In this document: positions 15,602-29,529 of the stretch, in pieces
Layout: each line of letters starts with the position of its first letter
Numbering within the stretch: position 1 is the stretch's first letter
NCBI GenBank assembly: GCA_964016885.1
Contig: OZ024742.1
Span: 181,474,001-181,538,000, forward strand
DNA from: Eledone cirrhosa
Taxonomy: Eukaryota
Direction: 5' to 3'
Length of the DNA: 64,000 bases
Notes under the pieces: model-generated
Told to the model about the DNA's origin: nothing
Database searches by the model: none
The model's input: the letters and a program-made list of their open reading frames with translations, nothing else
Translations under genes and position numbers: made by a program

Positions 15602-15737
15602 CATATATATATATATATAACTATATATATATATATCCATATATATAACTATACATATATATATATATACATATCTATACCTATATATATATATACATAT
15701 CTATACCTATATATATATATACATATACATATCTATA

Positions 15738-15794
<57 letters not shown>

Positions 15795-17317
15795 TGTGTA
15801 CACATATATATACCTATATATATATATATATATGCTGTGTACACTTAAATCGGGCAATGGCACGTGCGGACATGATTATCTCCGTAGGAATTCAATTTTA
15901 TTTTACTACATCTCATCGTATGTATTTATTTTGAATGTATTATCCGTGGTGGTGGGTCTTGCCTAATGTGGTATTTCTGTGTTTAATATCAGCTTTGACC
16001 CGGGTGTCCTACGCTGTGTGTGTGTGCGTGTGTGTCTGTGTATACATTTATATGTGTATGGGTGTAGGTGGTTGTATATGTCTGTATATAAAAAAATATA
16101 TATATATGTATACCGTCTCTGCATATGCATGTGGTGTGTATATGTGCATATACGTGCTGAACATATTGGTGTGTATAATCTTGTGATGTCCCAATGCGGT
16201 GACTTCATGATATTGGCTCTTGAAGCTATTTTTATATATCTTTTGTTTTTTTATATATCTTTTGTATGCGCTCCAACTGTGTCTGCTTGCTTTGGCTAAC
16301 CCGCCTGCACCTGCTTGCTTTCGGCCCAATTGTCTGCCTCTTGCTACTGCACGTGAATTCTCCTACCTTCCTTCGATGTACCTCTGTTTGACCATTGGAC
16401 TCCTGCCCGGGTGTGAACCGGTTTGTGATTACCCCACCGCTCAACTGTGTGAATGCACACCCGTGACTTTCGAGTGAACTTTTGAGACTGCCCAACCTGG
16501 GACGCCTCCATTGCCTTGCAATGGTCAAGTGATACTGATAACTGTGACACTTAGTGCCTTCGTGGGCCCCTGATATATTCAAGAAATATATTCTAAAAAA
16601 ATATATATCTTATCTCAATTTACTTTATTTTATTTTATTTTATTTCATTTCATTTTATTTAATTTTATTTATTTATTTATTTAATTTCATTTATTTATTT
16701 ACTTATTTATTTATTTATTTATTTAATTTTAATTTTATTTATTTATTTAATTTTATTTATTTATTTAATTATATTTAATTATATCTTATATTATATTATT
16801 TTATTTTAGTCTATTTTATTTTATTTTACCTTATTTTATCTTATTTTATGATTATATTATATTATGTTCTATTTTATATAATTTTAATTTTAATTTTATA
16901 CTATTTTATTTCATTCCTTACCCTGTATCACTATTATCTGTATATTTTATATTTTATATGTATGTTTTTTATATTTTTTTATATTTTCTTATATATATTA
17001 TAAGTCTATTTTTTACCTATTTTTCACCTATTTTTTACCTACTCTTACCTAATCCTATCTATCTTATCTACTCTTATCTGTTCTCTTATCCATGTGTATG
17101 CTTGTATGTAACTATATGTTGACAGCACCCCGCCCAACTGTGACTGATAGCAGCCCTTATTTTTCAATTATTTTTTATTTTTCATTGTTTATTTTATTAT
17201 TTTTATTTTTATTTTTATTTTTACTTTTACTTCCTTAATATCCTTTATCTTTTATTATTTTTCATTCTTCAATGTCTTGGATTTGTTATTGCTTGTGTGG
17301 TATGTAATTAACCTTTA

Positions 17318-17363
17318 TGCTCTGATGAGTCCCACTTATAGTGCGGATGAAACAATGTTAGCA
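17318..17363 (+). ncRNA. Type I hammerhead ribozyme at the 3' end of a non-coding unit (~15830-17497)
   Basis: tgct-CTGATGA-gtcc cact..agtg cggat-GAAA-caatg-TT-agca; related decayed copy at 60701-60743. Confidence 0.85.
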
Positions 17364-17624
17364 AGTAAAGATATGCATATGCTATAGGCGTTCTTTGTTA
17401 TTTATTATATCACGGCTCTGTCCTCAGACATCGAGCTAACCTTATACTGCCTGCTGGATAAGTGGAGTGTTATACACCCCTGATCCTCTCCCTAGTATAC
17501 TATATATATATATATACATATAGTTACCTATATATATATATATATACACATATATATACCTATATATATACATATAGTTACCTATATATATATATATAGT
17601 TACCTATATATATATATATAGTTA

Positions 17625-17680
<56 letters not shown>

Positions 17681-17684
17681 TATA

Positions 17685-17722
<38 letters not shown>

Positions 17723-17810
17723 GTTACTTATATATATATATATATATATATACATATATATATACCTTTACCTATATATATATATATACATACATATATA
17801 TACCTTTACC

Positions 17811-17902
<92 letters not shown>

Positions 17903-17962
17903 TATATACCTATACATATATATATATACATATATATATATACATATATATATACCTATACA

Positions 17963-17996
<34 letters not shown>

Positions 17997-18009
17997 CATA
18001 TACACATAT

Positions 18010-19015
18010 GTTCCTATACATAACTTTGATAACTCTGATAGGGTTCGGCCAGTATTGGCCCAGGCCATGTCTAACCTAATAGCACCACCCGGCGAAGTCT
18101 TACAAATCAGTGTTTGGGCACTATGGCCCACTCGAGCAGAGAGTTATTGTTTACGGAGGCATATCCGGGTGTAGGGTCTAATCCGGGATTTCTTGAAGGA
18201 ATTTATCCAAAGTCTTTTTGAACTTGATGGGGTCTCTCTCTGCTTTGATGTGTTTTGGTGTAATGTTAAAAGTGCAGGGCCAATTGAGGTGCAATAATTG
18301 TGCCGTATTTTTGTTATGTGATGCGAGTGAGATATTTATCGTGGGCAGATAGCACGGTGCTTAAGCCTTGGGTGTACACTAAAGGTGATGCCAACATCAT
18401 TTGAGCTAAGCTGATGGATTATTTTCCACATCATACAGATAATGTAGCACTCACAGTGACGTTGAAGAGAATAAAGTTTGAGCTTTTCTAATCGACCCCA
18501 ATAGTCAAGGCCTGTCATGCCAACTATCTTTTTTGTAATTGACCTTTGGGGCGCTTCAACTTCCATGATACTTTGTTTCATGTGGGGTGACCACAGTGGC
18601 CAACAGTATTCAAGGTGAGGTCGGGCAAAAGTGGAGAAGAGAAGGATAACAGTGTGGATATCTCTCGACTGGAAAGTTCTGAAAATCCAGGAACACATTC
18701 TGCGGGCCATATCAACTTTGCTGTTTATATGAGTGGCCCAGCTTATCTTGTTGTCCACAATTACTCCCAGGTATCTGATGTTATTGGAAGCTACCAGAGT
18801 TTCACCCGAAGGAAGAGAGTATGGTAGTTTCAGAGCATCCTTTTTTCCAAAGTGGATTAGTTCAAATTTATCCTAATTCAACAGCATATTATTCATCTCT
18901 GCCGATTGGATAACAGCCAGTAGGTCTGACTGAAGGCAAGTCCGGTCACCCACCTCATTGATGACCCTTTGGAGCTTGGAATCATCTGCGAAGATTCTGA
19001 TGTTACTGTGCTTGA
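18010..19015 (-). mobile_element. CR1/L2-group LINE, C-terminal RT fragment, disabled
   Basis: [43 protein letters not shown]; stops present. Confidence 0.85.
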
Positions 19016-19017
19016 TA

Positions 19018-19068
<51 letters not shown>

Positions 19069-19108
19069 TAATACCTATACATATATATATATATATACAT
19101 CTATATAC

Positions 19109-19140
<32 letters not shown>

Positions 19141-19357
19141 ACATATACATATATATACCTATACATATATATACCTATACATATATACATATATATATAT
19201 ATAGATACCATATACATATATATACCTATACATATATATACCTATACATATATACACCTATACATATATACATATATATACCTATACATATATATATTTA
19301 TATATATATATATAGATATACACACATATATATATATATACATAGATATATACCTAT

Positions 19358-19394
<37 letters not shown>

Positions 19395-20160
19395 TATACC
19401 TATACACACATATATATATATATATACATATATATAAGATCAAAAGATGGTTAAAAGAGTTCCAAGTATTTTATTATGCGCATTTCAAAAACAAATATCA
19501 TCATGGGATGATATCTGCGTTTTCATGAAATAAAATAGGGATACATGATATGAAGCTTAAAAACACTTGTGAATTGTGAAGTTTTAAATCAACATATGAA
19601 AAATAATTTAAAATTGATGTATGAGATTGGGAAAAAGTGAGGGGCGGTTGGAAAAGGTAAGGAAGAGGAGGAGATGAGAGTAAAGAATGGTGGTGGAGGA
19701 GTATAAGAATGAAGGATGAGAGAGGAGGAGAGATGGGTAGTAGAGAGAGAGAGATAGCCTTTACAACTGAGAAAAAAAAAATATTGTCTCACAGAGAGAA
19801 GTTAAAAAGCCGTTGGAAGATAATAGATAATTTAAAAGAACTTGAAATTAAAAGTTAATGAGGTTTATGCATGAAGAGAAAAAGGGATTAAGAATAATAA
19901 TACATTCAGGTATGTATATTGAAGGGTTTAATAATATGTGCGTGGAAAAGAAATTATTTATATGTATTATTAAAATAAAAATATTAATGTTATTAAGGAT
20001 ATAATGAGAAAAGAATTAGAAGAATGAATGAGTTATGAATTTAGAGGAATTAGTTAGGGTTTAAGTTTGTTTTTATGTAATGTAATATGTGTGCATAATA
20101 TGTGTACGTAAATAGTTTGTTTAAACATAAGCGCATACCTGTACATACATATAGATATAT

Positions 20161-20500
20161 CATCATCATCATCATTTCAATTTACGTCCGCTTTTTCCCT
20201 GCTTGCAAGGGTGTGACGGGAACTGATTTTGGCTTGATTTCTACAGCTGGATGCTCTTCCTAACACCAACCTCATTTATAGTGAGTGCTGGGTGCTTTTT
20301 TGCCGTGGCACCCCCACGACCACTTTGCAGTGGAGTGATAGGGACCCCAGTCCCTATCATCTCATTTCTACAGCTGAGTAAACTGGATCAATGTGAAATA
20401 ATGTGTCTTGCTCAAGGAAACAACACATCGCCCGGTCTGAGAATTGAACTCACAACCTTTTGATTGCAAGGCCAATGCCCTAACCACTAAGCCATGTGCC
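20161..20500 (-). mobile_element. tRNA-derived SINE with RTE-like 3' tail
   Basis: Minus head ..ggcttagtggttagggcattggcc..gtgagttcaattctc (A/B boxes); ggatg..ttcctaacaccaacc and (GAT)n tail shared with the RTE 3' UTR at 2444-2468; second copy at 50448-50753. Confidence 0.85.
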
Positions 20501-20654
20501 TATATATATATATATATATTAGTGATGGTTAATTACTACACTGGATATGGTTGACGTACGGTGAGGAGTTACTCTACGAGTTATGGAAGAATTGATGAAG
20601 AAACTTAGTTCCTGATCCTTCTGTATTCCGGAGTGTATATAAAGAATGAATAAT

Positions 20655-20843
20655 TGTTTCTACTTTAGGCACAAGGCCAGCAATTACCCAGTGCATTACT
20701 GGTACTTTATTTTATCGACCCCGTAAAGATGAAAGGCAAAGTCAACCTCGGCGGGATTTGAACTCAGATCGTAAAGGGACGTAACTATGCTGGAAAGCAT
20801 GGCGTCCGACCATCTACCGATACTGCCAATCCACCGCCCCTTA
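20655..20843 (-). mobile_element. tRNA-derived SINE with 19-bp TSD
   Basis: B-box gagttcaaatcccg on minus; TSD TATATAAAGAATGAATAAT at 20636-20654 and 20844-20862. Confidence 0.85.
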
Positions 20844-21812
20844 TATATAAAGAATGAATAATAACAGGTAGACATCATAAAAAGGTAATTTATTCCGTGT
20901 GCTTACAAATGTTTCCACGGTGGTACTACAGCCTAGTTATGCTATGTGCAAATTTACAACTATTTGCAGAACTCAAATATCCAATGCTGTGACCACCTTA
21001 TCCTCAGAGCAGAATGGTTAAAATGTACAATGTAAATACCCTTAAGTGGGGTTGTTGGAGAAGATAGAGTAGAAAAGGAAGAGAGAAAAGTAGGGGAGAG
21101 GGAGAGAGAGAGAAAGATATTGGAGAAATAGGAGAGAGTGGTTTGTAGATATCTTAATCAAAATGTTATGGTAGGGGTTTTATTATACTGGTTACTTTTG
21201 GAGAGATGCGTTGATAGTTAAGGTCGGAATTATTTATTGCTCCAGAAGGCAGATTCATAGATGTGGAGAGGGAGGGAGGTAGGCCAAAGGCGAGAGAGAG
21301 AGAGTGTAATGGATGTAGAGAGAGAGAGATAGAGAGGGGACAGACGAAGTTTATGTGGTGAGTGAACTTTGGGTTCGTAGTAGTAATCTGCGAATTGCAC
21401 TGAGTTACCATTTATAGTGATAAGCAGTGTATTGTCTTGTAGTGTGGGGGAAGAGAAGGTGGTTAGCTAGAAAGCGATGTTATAGTTACGGGTTCGAATG
21501 TTAAGTTATTTTATAGTGAGAGAATTTAGCTTTTAGTTTGTGGTTGCAGTATAATGATCGTTCAATTCTATCGTTAAGTAGTTTGTTTTGGGATTTTAAA
21601 ATGTAAAAAAGTTCAAGGTTACATAACCTACAGTACTTCAATCCATTCCGATATGCACTTGCGCTGGAAAGTATATCCCATTTTAAGGCGAAGTGTTGGT
21701 TGCGTTCACGGAGTTGCCAGGTCTTGTTGGCGAGCGTGGTCACATTTGTAAGCACACGGAATAAATTACCTTTTTATGATGTCTACCTGTTATTATTCAT
21801 TCTTTATATATA
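20844..21812 (-). mobile_element. PLE (Naiad-like) 3' end: endonuclease C-terminus, 3' UTR, hammerhead, inverted pLTR piece
   Basis: TTLANKTWQL..KWDIL..CRLCNLE..LLNDR.E..CNH (21501-21740); 21742-21812 is an inverted copy of 20844-20912. Confidence 0.8.
20900..21011 (-). ncRNA. Type I hammerhead with long stem II
   Basis: tgct-CTGAGGA-..ggtggt cacagc..gctgt agt accacc..-GAAA-catttg-TA-agca on minus. Confidence 0.75.
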
Positions 21813-21819
21813 TATATCA

Positions 21820-22315
21820 CATAAAACATGTCTATAGAATCACCAGATAAAATATATACCATTTCCTCTCCCAATTAGCATAATTAACTATATAAAAAAT
21901 CGAATAGACCAGGCTATAAGAAAAAGGCTTCTATGAAGAAATCTCCAACAAATAACCGAAACTAGTCCTTCGCGTCGGCTGCGACGGAATATTTATCGAA
22001 TATTTCGACAGCGTAATCGCCCAGATACAGTCAATTAAACAGAATTAGGTGTAAAATAAACTAGGAGAAAAGAGAATACATTTATTTACCTCTACCATGG
22101 TTTCGTCCGCAATTTGAGATTTCCAATAATTTCGGAAACTCGAGCATCGGACTCCAAATTTGTATCTCAACCTAATGGGTTATTTGTTGGAGATTTCTTC
22201 ATAGAAGCCTTATTCTTATAGCCTGGTCTATTCGATTTTTTATATAGTTAATTATGCTAATTGGGAGAGGAAATGGTATATATTTTATCTGGTGATTCTA
22301 TAGACATGTTTTATG
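21820..22315. repeat. Fold-back (arms 21820-21957 / 22178-22315) enclosing a 5'-truncated hammerhead (22087-22154, minus)
   Basis: Near-perfect inverted arms; minus strand gagtccg..cggac-GAAA-ccatgg-TA-gagg lacks CTGAT; family also at 11461-11545 and 42505-43025. Confidence 0.8.
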
Positions 22316-22384
22316 ATATATAGCTCTGATTATTTAATTTATTAACCTTTCATTGAGCCACAAAGTGACCCGTTTCAAAACACG

Positions 22385-22458
<74 letters not shown>

Positions 22459-22542
22459 GAAGTTCTATTTAAATTGTTGGGATACAACAAGCAAATATTT
22501 TTATAACTGATATAAAGCACTCAACAAATTATTGGAGTAAAA

Positions 22543-23063
22543 ATACGATATATTAACAAATGGAAACTATATTTATAAAACCATATTTATTTCATTATAC
22601 ATATTTCAAGGACACCAAGTTAAATTATGGTGTGCTTTCATTAGATAAAATATAATATAGATCAGTTTTATAAATAAATATTGACGTACCCTTAAATAAT
22701 GCGACCATTTCTGTTGGAAGCTCCCGGATAGTGGGGTTATAAATTTATGTATTCTATTATGCAAATTAGTGTCGGATATATTTAAATCACACCAACGGCT
22801 TATTTTAAATCTACTGTGATTTAAATATCTCCGACACTAATTTACATAATAGAATAAATAAATTTATAAACCCACTATCCGGGAGCTTCCAACAGAAAAG
22901 GTCGCATTCTTTAAGGGTATGTCAATATTTATTTATAAAACTGATCTATATTATATTTTATCTAATGAAAGCAAACCATAATTTAACTTGGTGTCCTTCA
23001 AATATATATAATGAAATAAATATGGTTTTATAAATATAGTTTCCATTTGTTAATATATCGTAT
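22543..23063. repeat. Fold-back (arms 22543-22791 / 22815-23063)
   Basis: ~250 bp inverted arms with scattered mismatches; a single-arm relative lies at 51816-52100. Confidence 0.85.
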
Positions 23064-23168
23064 ATATATATATATATATAATGAAAATTTGAACAGGGAC
23101 AGAACAGAGAGGCAGTACGATAAATGTTTATTAAATTCACGCTCAAGAGAGTGGGGGGTAGGTGGGGG

Positions 23169-23200
23169 ACGACGTTTCGGGCATAAGCCCTTCTTCAGGT
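23169..23200 (-). ncRNA. Minimal hammerhead in the 3' pLTR
   Basis: CTGAAGA-a gggc ttat gccc-GAAA-cg-TC; very short stem I. Confidence 0.8.
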
Positions 23201-24518
23201 GAGAGTTCAAAAGGTGTGTAGGGGAGTGGTGGAGAGACACATAGCGAAAGGAAACGGTGCAAATGAAAAATTAACAAATAAAGACAAAAATATAATAAAT
23301 AATAAATAAAAACAAAGCATGATCAAAATACAAGGAATGAGAAAATTTAAAAATAAAGGCATGATCAAAATAAACTGAAATTAAAAGGGGGGTAAACAGG
23401 TGGTGGTAGGGTGTGGGGTGAGTAGAGGTGGTGGCGGGTGGAGTGGGGAGAGGGAGACAGGGTGTCCGAGCGGGGAGGGCTGAAGATGGTGTGTGTGGTT
23501 AGGTGTGCGTGTGTGTGTGTGTGTGTGTATGTGAAAGTGAGGGTTGGGGGAAGAACGGGGTTGCATGTTCAGGAAGGTGTGTGTGGGGGGTGTTTTTGTG
23601 GGTCGGAGGGTCTGTGCGTGTGTGGATAGGGGGGTGGGGGGAGAGGAATCAGGGGGCTGAGGGTGTAAATATGTGGTGGGAAGCACGTGTGTGTGGTTTA
23701 AGCGTGTTGTGGGTGTGGGTGACGTGTGGATAAAAAAATTGTTTTGGGGTGTGTGTGTGTGAGTTATATAGGTGGTGGTGTGAGAGGGTGGTTGAAAAGT
23801 GGTAAGTTACACGGATGTATGGAGATTTTGGTGAGAAGTCAAAACGCGTGTGGGTAATCCAAGAAGCGGTGGTCGGAAGAGGAGAGATGTGGGGTGCGCG
23901 CGCAACAGGAAGTGGTCAGCAGTGGAAGTGCTGTGGTCAGTTGGTGCTGAGACAGTGGTCGGAAGGGCATAGCAGCAGTGGGCGGAATGGTAGGGAGGCG
24001 AGGATGGGTAGGTGTGAAAGTTGGAGTGAGGAGGGTGTGTGTGTGTGTGTGTATTAGTAGGGGTGTTAGTGGGATGAGTGAGTGTGGAGCGGGGAGAGAA
24101 GGGTGTGTGTGGTTCTATGGAGGGAGTGTGGTGTGTGTGTAGTTTGGTGAAGAGGTGTTAGTGGGTGTTAATATACGGGAGGTGGGGAGGGGTGGAATGC
24201 AGGTGTGAGTGGGGGTTAGTGGGGGTAGGGTATGTAGAGTTGGTGGTGTACGAGGGTGTGTGGGTACGTGTGCGTGGGGTTGGAAGGTGTTAGTGATGTT
24301 AGTTGCGTGGGGGTGGGTGGTGTAAGTGGGTGCGTGTGTGCGTGTGATAAGGAGGGGGAGGAGGAGAAGAGGGGAGGGAAGGGATGTTAGTATGTTAGTT
24401 GGGGAAGGGTGGTCAGATGAGGGGTGGAGTGGAGGTGTTAGTATTGTTAGTGTGGGGTGGACAGTGAAAAGGAGGGGTGTGTTAGTGGTGTTAGTGGGGG
24501 GAGGGGGGCGGTCGAACG

Positions 24519-27319
24519 CTAAAGGAATAAGGGTGGGGAGTTCAGGCCGGGAGGAGTGTGGGTCTGTAAGATGAAGATAGTACGTTGTTCGACCGTAAGG
24601 CGATGGGCGGGTGTTCCATGGCACTGGAGTAGGCCACAGACTGTGAGATGGCGTGCGGAATGTCCAGGGCTACCAAAGCGTCGGGCGATGGGGGAACTGC
24701 CCCCGAGACGAATGTCCCGGAGGTGCTCCGTGACTCGGTCCGCCAGGCGGCGTCCCGTCTGTCCGACATAAGTCGCGCTGCACCTCGTGCAACGAAGTCC
24801 GTAGACTAGGTTGGAGGAGGTGCAGCGGAAGGCATGCCGGACCGAGAGAGGGTGGCCGTTGGGACCCTGGAAGGTGGTGGTGTTGGTGATGTGGGGACAG
24901 GTGTTGCAGCGGGGCCTAGAACAGGGGAAGGAACCGGGGGGGAAACGGAGCGTGGGTTGGGGGGGTAGGGAGCTGTGGACGAGGAGGGTGCGGAGATTGC
25001 GTGCGCGTTTGAAGGAGGGGAGTGGTGGGGTTGGGAAGATGTGGGAGGTGGAGGGGTCGGACTGGAGGTGTCGGAAGAGGCGGCGGATGGTGCGGTGGAG
25101 GGGTAAGGTGGAGGGGTGGTAGGTGATGGGGAAGGGGAGACGGTGGGTGGGTGTGCGGTGGCGTGGGGTGAGGGTGGTGTAGCGGGGGATAGCACGGGCG
25201 CGGGTGAGAGCGGTGTGGACGAGAGAGGGGGGGTAACCTCTGCGGATGAAATGGCTGACTAGGGAAAGGGCCTGGGACTCGAAGTCAGCATCTCGGCTAC
25301 AGAGGCGGCGGATCCTGAGAAGTTGGGAGTAGGGAATGGAGAGTTTAGTGTGGGTGGGGTGGGAAGAGGTGAAGACGAGGTAAGAGTGGGAGTCGGTGGG
25401 TTTGAAGAAGGCAGAGGTGATGAGGGAGTGGTGGGAGGGGTCGAAGGCGACGGAGATGTCCAAGAAGTGGACGTGGGTGGTGGAGATAGAGGTGGTGAAG
25501 TGGAGGGAGGGGTGGAAGGAGCAGAAGAAGGAGAGAAAGGAGTCGAGCTGTACTCGGGTGAGGGTCGTGGCTCCGATACAGTCGTCAATGTAACGACCGT
25601 ACAGTTCGGGCGTGGGGCCGGTGTACTGGGCAAAGATTTGGGCCTCAACATGGCCAACAAAAAGGTTGGCATAGTTCGGGCCCATTCTTGTGCCCATGGC
25701 TACCCCCGTGACCTGTTGGTAAAACTCACCCGAGAAGGAGAAACAATTTAGGGTGAGGACCAGCTCGGCGAGGCGAAGGAGGGTGGGGGTGGAGGGAATG
25801 GGGGAGGGGCGAAGGTCGAGGTAGTGTTTGAGGGCGCGAAGGCCGTCAGCGTGGGGGATGACGGTATAGAGGGACTTGATGTCTAGGGTGAAGAGGAATG
25901 GCTGAGGGCCGGGTAGGTAGGTGAAGGAGTCGAAAAGGCGCAGGGCGTGGTTGGTGTCAGAGATGTGGGAGGGGAGGGTGGTGACAAGGGGGGCGAGGAG
26001 GGAGTCGAGAAAGGCGGAGATGAGTTCGGTGGGGCAGTTGCAAGCGGAGACGATGGGGCGGCCGGGGTTGTCGGGTTTGTGGAGTTTGGGGAGGAAGTAG
26101 ATGGTGGGGGTGCGGGGGGTGCGGACGATGAGGTGGGAAGCGGTGGGGGGGAGGAGGGAGGAGGCGATAAGGTATTTGATGGTGGAGGAGACTTGTTGTT
26201 GGTAGAGGGGGGTGGGATCGGAGGGTAGAGGGCGGTAAAAGAGGGGGTTACAGAGCTGCCTGAGGGCTTCGGCCGTGTAGAGGTCCGCGCGCCATACCAC
26301 CACGGCGCCTCCCTTGTCCGCCGGTTTGATGACGATGTCATCTCGGCTACGGAGGGAGCGGAGAGCGAGGAGTTCGCCCCGTGAGATGTTGTGCCGTTTG
26401 GAACGGTGGCGGAAGTCGAAACGATTTACTGCGCTACGGCTGGCATCGACGAAGGCGTCCAGGGTGCTAAATTGCCCTGGGGCCGGCGTCCAAGAAGATG
26501 GTCGTCGGCCCAGGGCGAGAAACGGGTCTGGGGCGTCCGGAGCCGGTGGCGTTCGGCTGAAATGTGCCTGTAGCTTAGTGCGTCGCACGAATCGCTCGAC
26601 TTCCGTTCGGGTGCGGAAATCGTCGCTGAGCGGAGTGTGGGGTATGAAGCGAAGGCCTCTACTAAGGAGTGAGCGCTCAGGTGCGGAGAGGGGGAGGTCA
26701 GGGGTTATGGTGACAACAAGGGGTGGGGTTTGGGTGTTTGGGGAGGGAAGGGAGGGTGTGGTGAGGGGTGGAGATTGGGTTGGGTGGGGGTCGGGGGAGA
26801 GGTGGGGAGTGGTGGGCGTATGGGGATGGGCGGGTGGTGGTGGATGGAGGGGGTTGGGAGGAGTGAGTGTAGCTTGCGGGCTTTGGTGGAGCTGAGGAAC
26901 GAGAAGAGGTGGTGGTTGAGGTTGTGGATGAAGGAGAGGATGGCTTGGGCGAGGAGGGGGTGGCAGGTGGAGTAAAGGCGGAGGAGGGTGGGGGTCAGTT
27001 GGTGGTCAAGTAGGCGGAGGGTGGAACGGGAGGCGCGGATGGAGTTGCGCATCAGAAGGCGTGAGGATCGGGTTAGGATACGTTGCGCGGAGGGGGAAGC
27101 AGCGGGGGAGGGGTGGAAGTGTAGCCGGAAGCCAAGGGGGATAAGGTGGAGGCGGAGGCAGTGGCTGAGGAAATGGATGTGGCTGGAGTGCCGGGTTTTG
27201 GCGAAGAGAAGGTAGGAGAGATGAAGGGCGGAGGGGAGATAGCAGGGTGGAAGGAGGGGGGTGAGGAAAAGTTTGAAGCGATTGTGGAGTTGGTGGAGAA
27301 AGGATCTCAGGCTGGCCAT
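24519..27319 (-). CDS. PLE reverse transcriptase + Zn linker + GIY-YIG endonuclease (one frameshift in the Pro-rich linker ~26720-26850)
   Basis: LSAPERSLLSRGLRFIP, IKPADKGG, YFLPKLHK, LDIKSLYT, GVAMGT, YGRYIDD, FKPTDSH, CSRPRCNTC, NLVYGLRCTRC..YVGQTGR; N-terminal part in ORF 26705-27466 from MASLRS. Confidence 0.92.
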
Positions 27320-27880
27320 GATGGCGTTGGGTGAAAGCAGGGGGAGGGATGAGAGGGCGGGGGTGTGTAGAGGGGTGGAGTGAACGAAGGGGTGAGTGCG
27401 AAGGATAGGTAGAGACGGGGAAGGGAAAAAGAAACAGAAAAACGTAGGGAGGGGGTGAGTAAACACCGGAAAATTAAAGACAAAAAATCATAAAGGTAAT
27501 AACACAGGCGATCGTGAACAAAAAATCATAGAAATATCATAAAGGTAATAACACAGGCGATCGTGAACAAAAAATCATAGAAATACAATTGTAAGAACAC
27601 AGGCAAAGAATCATATACGGAAAAAAAGGGGTACGGTAACAAAATCAAACAGAGGTAATGCGTGGAAGGAAAGACAAAGTGTGGGAAGGTGTGTAAAGTT
27701 CGGAGAAAGGTCACGGCGGATTAGATCGGGGTTGAGCCGGTTGTTAAGTTAAGTTCCAAGGATGGAGGCCGTGTGAGCGTGTGTTGTGTATAATGAAAAA
27801 TTGAACAGGGACAAAGCAGAGAGGCAGTACGATAAATGTTTATTAAATTCACGCTCAGGAGAGTGGGGGGTAGGTGGGGG

Positions 27881-27912
27881 ACGACGTTTCGGGCATAAGC
27901 CCTTCTTCAGGT
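27881..27912 (-). ncRNA. Minimal hammerhead in the 5' pLTR
   Basis: Identical motif to 23169-23200. Confidence 0.8.
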
Positions 27913-28671
27913 GAGAGTTCAAAAGGTGTGTAGGGGAGTGGTGGAGAGACACATAGCGAAAGGAAACGGTGCGAATGAAAAATTAACAAATAAAGACAAA
28001 AATATAATAAATAATAAATAAAAACAAAGCATGATCAAAATACAAGGAATGAGAAAATTTAAAAATAAAGGCATGATCAAAATAAACTGAAATTAAAAGG
28101 GGGGTAAACAGGTGGTGGAAGGGTGTGGGGTGAGTAGAGGTGGTGGCGGGTGGAGTGGGGAGAGGGAGACGGGGTGTCCGAGCGGGGAGGGCTGAAGGTG
28201 GTGTGTGTGGTTAGGTGTGCGTGTGTGTGTGTGTGTGTGTATGTGAAAGTGAGGGTTGGGGGAAGAACGGGGTTGCATGTTCAGGAAGGTGTGTGTGGGG
28301 GGTATTTTTGTGGGTCGGAGGGTCTGTGTGTGTGTGGATAGGGGGGTGGGGGAGAGGAATCAGGGGGATGAGGGTGTAAATATGTGGTGGGAAGCACGTG
28401 TGTGTGGTTTAAGCGTGTTGTGGGTGTGGGTGGCGTGTGGATAAAAAAATTGTTTTGGGGTGTGTGTGTGTGAGTTATATAGGTGATGGTGTGAGAGGGT
28501 GGTTGAAAAGTGGTAAGTTACACGGATGTATGGAGATTTTGGTGAGAAGTCAAAACGCGTGTGGGTAATCCAAGAAGCGGTGGTCGGAAGAGGAGCGATA
28601 TATATATATATATATATTTACATATATATACCTATACATATATATATATATATATTTACATATATATACCT

Positions 28672-28728
<57 letters not shown>

Positions 28729-28756
28729 TATACCTATATATACCTATATATATATA

Positions 28757-29312
28757 TGAAAAGTGTAATTTTCTACACAAAATGAAGGTTATAGAGAAAA
28801 TTGAGGTTGGTAATGGCACATGGAATATATAAGAGACAGAATACTTTTTTGTGAAAAAACATATAATTTTATAAGGTAAGGAAATAATAAAGGGTATAAA
28901 AAATGACCGGTTTCGATGGGTCTGCAAAAGCCATCTTTTCAAACGTTGATTAATATTAAGAAAAATTAATAATACGAAGAGTTAAAATTTGAGATTTGAA
29001 AATTCAAGTATAAAATTCATTGTGTGATTTCATAGTAGTGTTCATCTAGGTAGCAACATGTTGACTGCTGTGTCCCTTTCTGGTAGTGAATGAGAAGTTA
29101 TTTGGGGTGTCGGTTATTTTATAAAGGTCAGATTTAGCAATGGCCAGCTGGCCAGCTGCTGGTCAGTGAGGGGGTGGAAGCAATACACATACATATATCT
29201 TCCTGTGGTCGGTAGTAGAGTGGAGCGTGATAGAAAGGGATTTAGTGCACTTACACCTATATATACACACATACCTTCATCCACACATACATACATATAC
29301 ATATACATACAC

Positions 29313-29355
<43 letters not shown>

Positions 29356-29486
29356 CACACATACATACACACACACATACATATACATACACACATACAC
29401 ACACACACATATATACACATACACACACATATATATATATATACACATACACACATATATATACATACACATACATCCAGATACAC

Positions 29487-29529
<43 letters not shown>

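Larger units (their letters stand above)
23081..28595 (-). mobile_element. Near full-length Penelope-like element (Neptune-type) with direct pseudo-LTRs, inserted in (TA)n
   Basis: pLTRs 23081-23884 and 27793-28595 differ only by scattered substitutions; RT + GIY-YIG ORF between them; (TA)n on both flanks. Confidence 0.95.

Noticed and set aside
19470-19537. Possible very decayed minus-strand hammerhead around the gatatcatc/gatgatatt hairpin
   Set aside because: Core and UH are too degenerate to call
20420-20500. tRNA gene
   Set aside because: tRNA-like A/B boxes run into a SINE body and RTE tail; a SINE head, not a tRNA
25259-27334. Overlapping Pro-rich and Gly-rich ORFs on both strands
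   Set aside because: Shadow frames caused by the C/G skew of the PLE ORF
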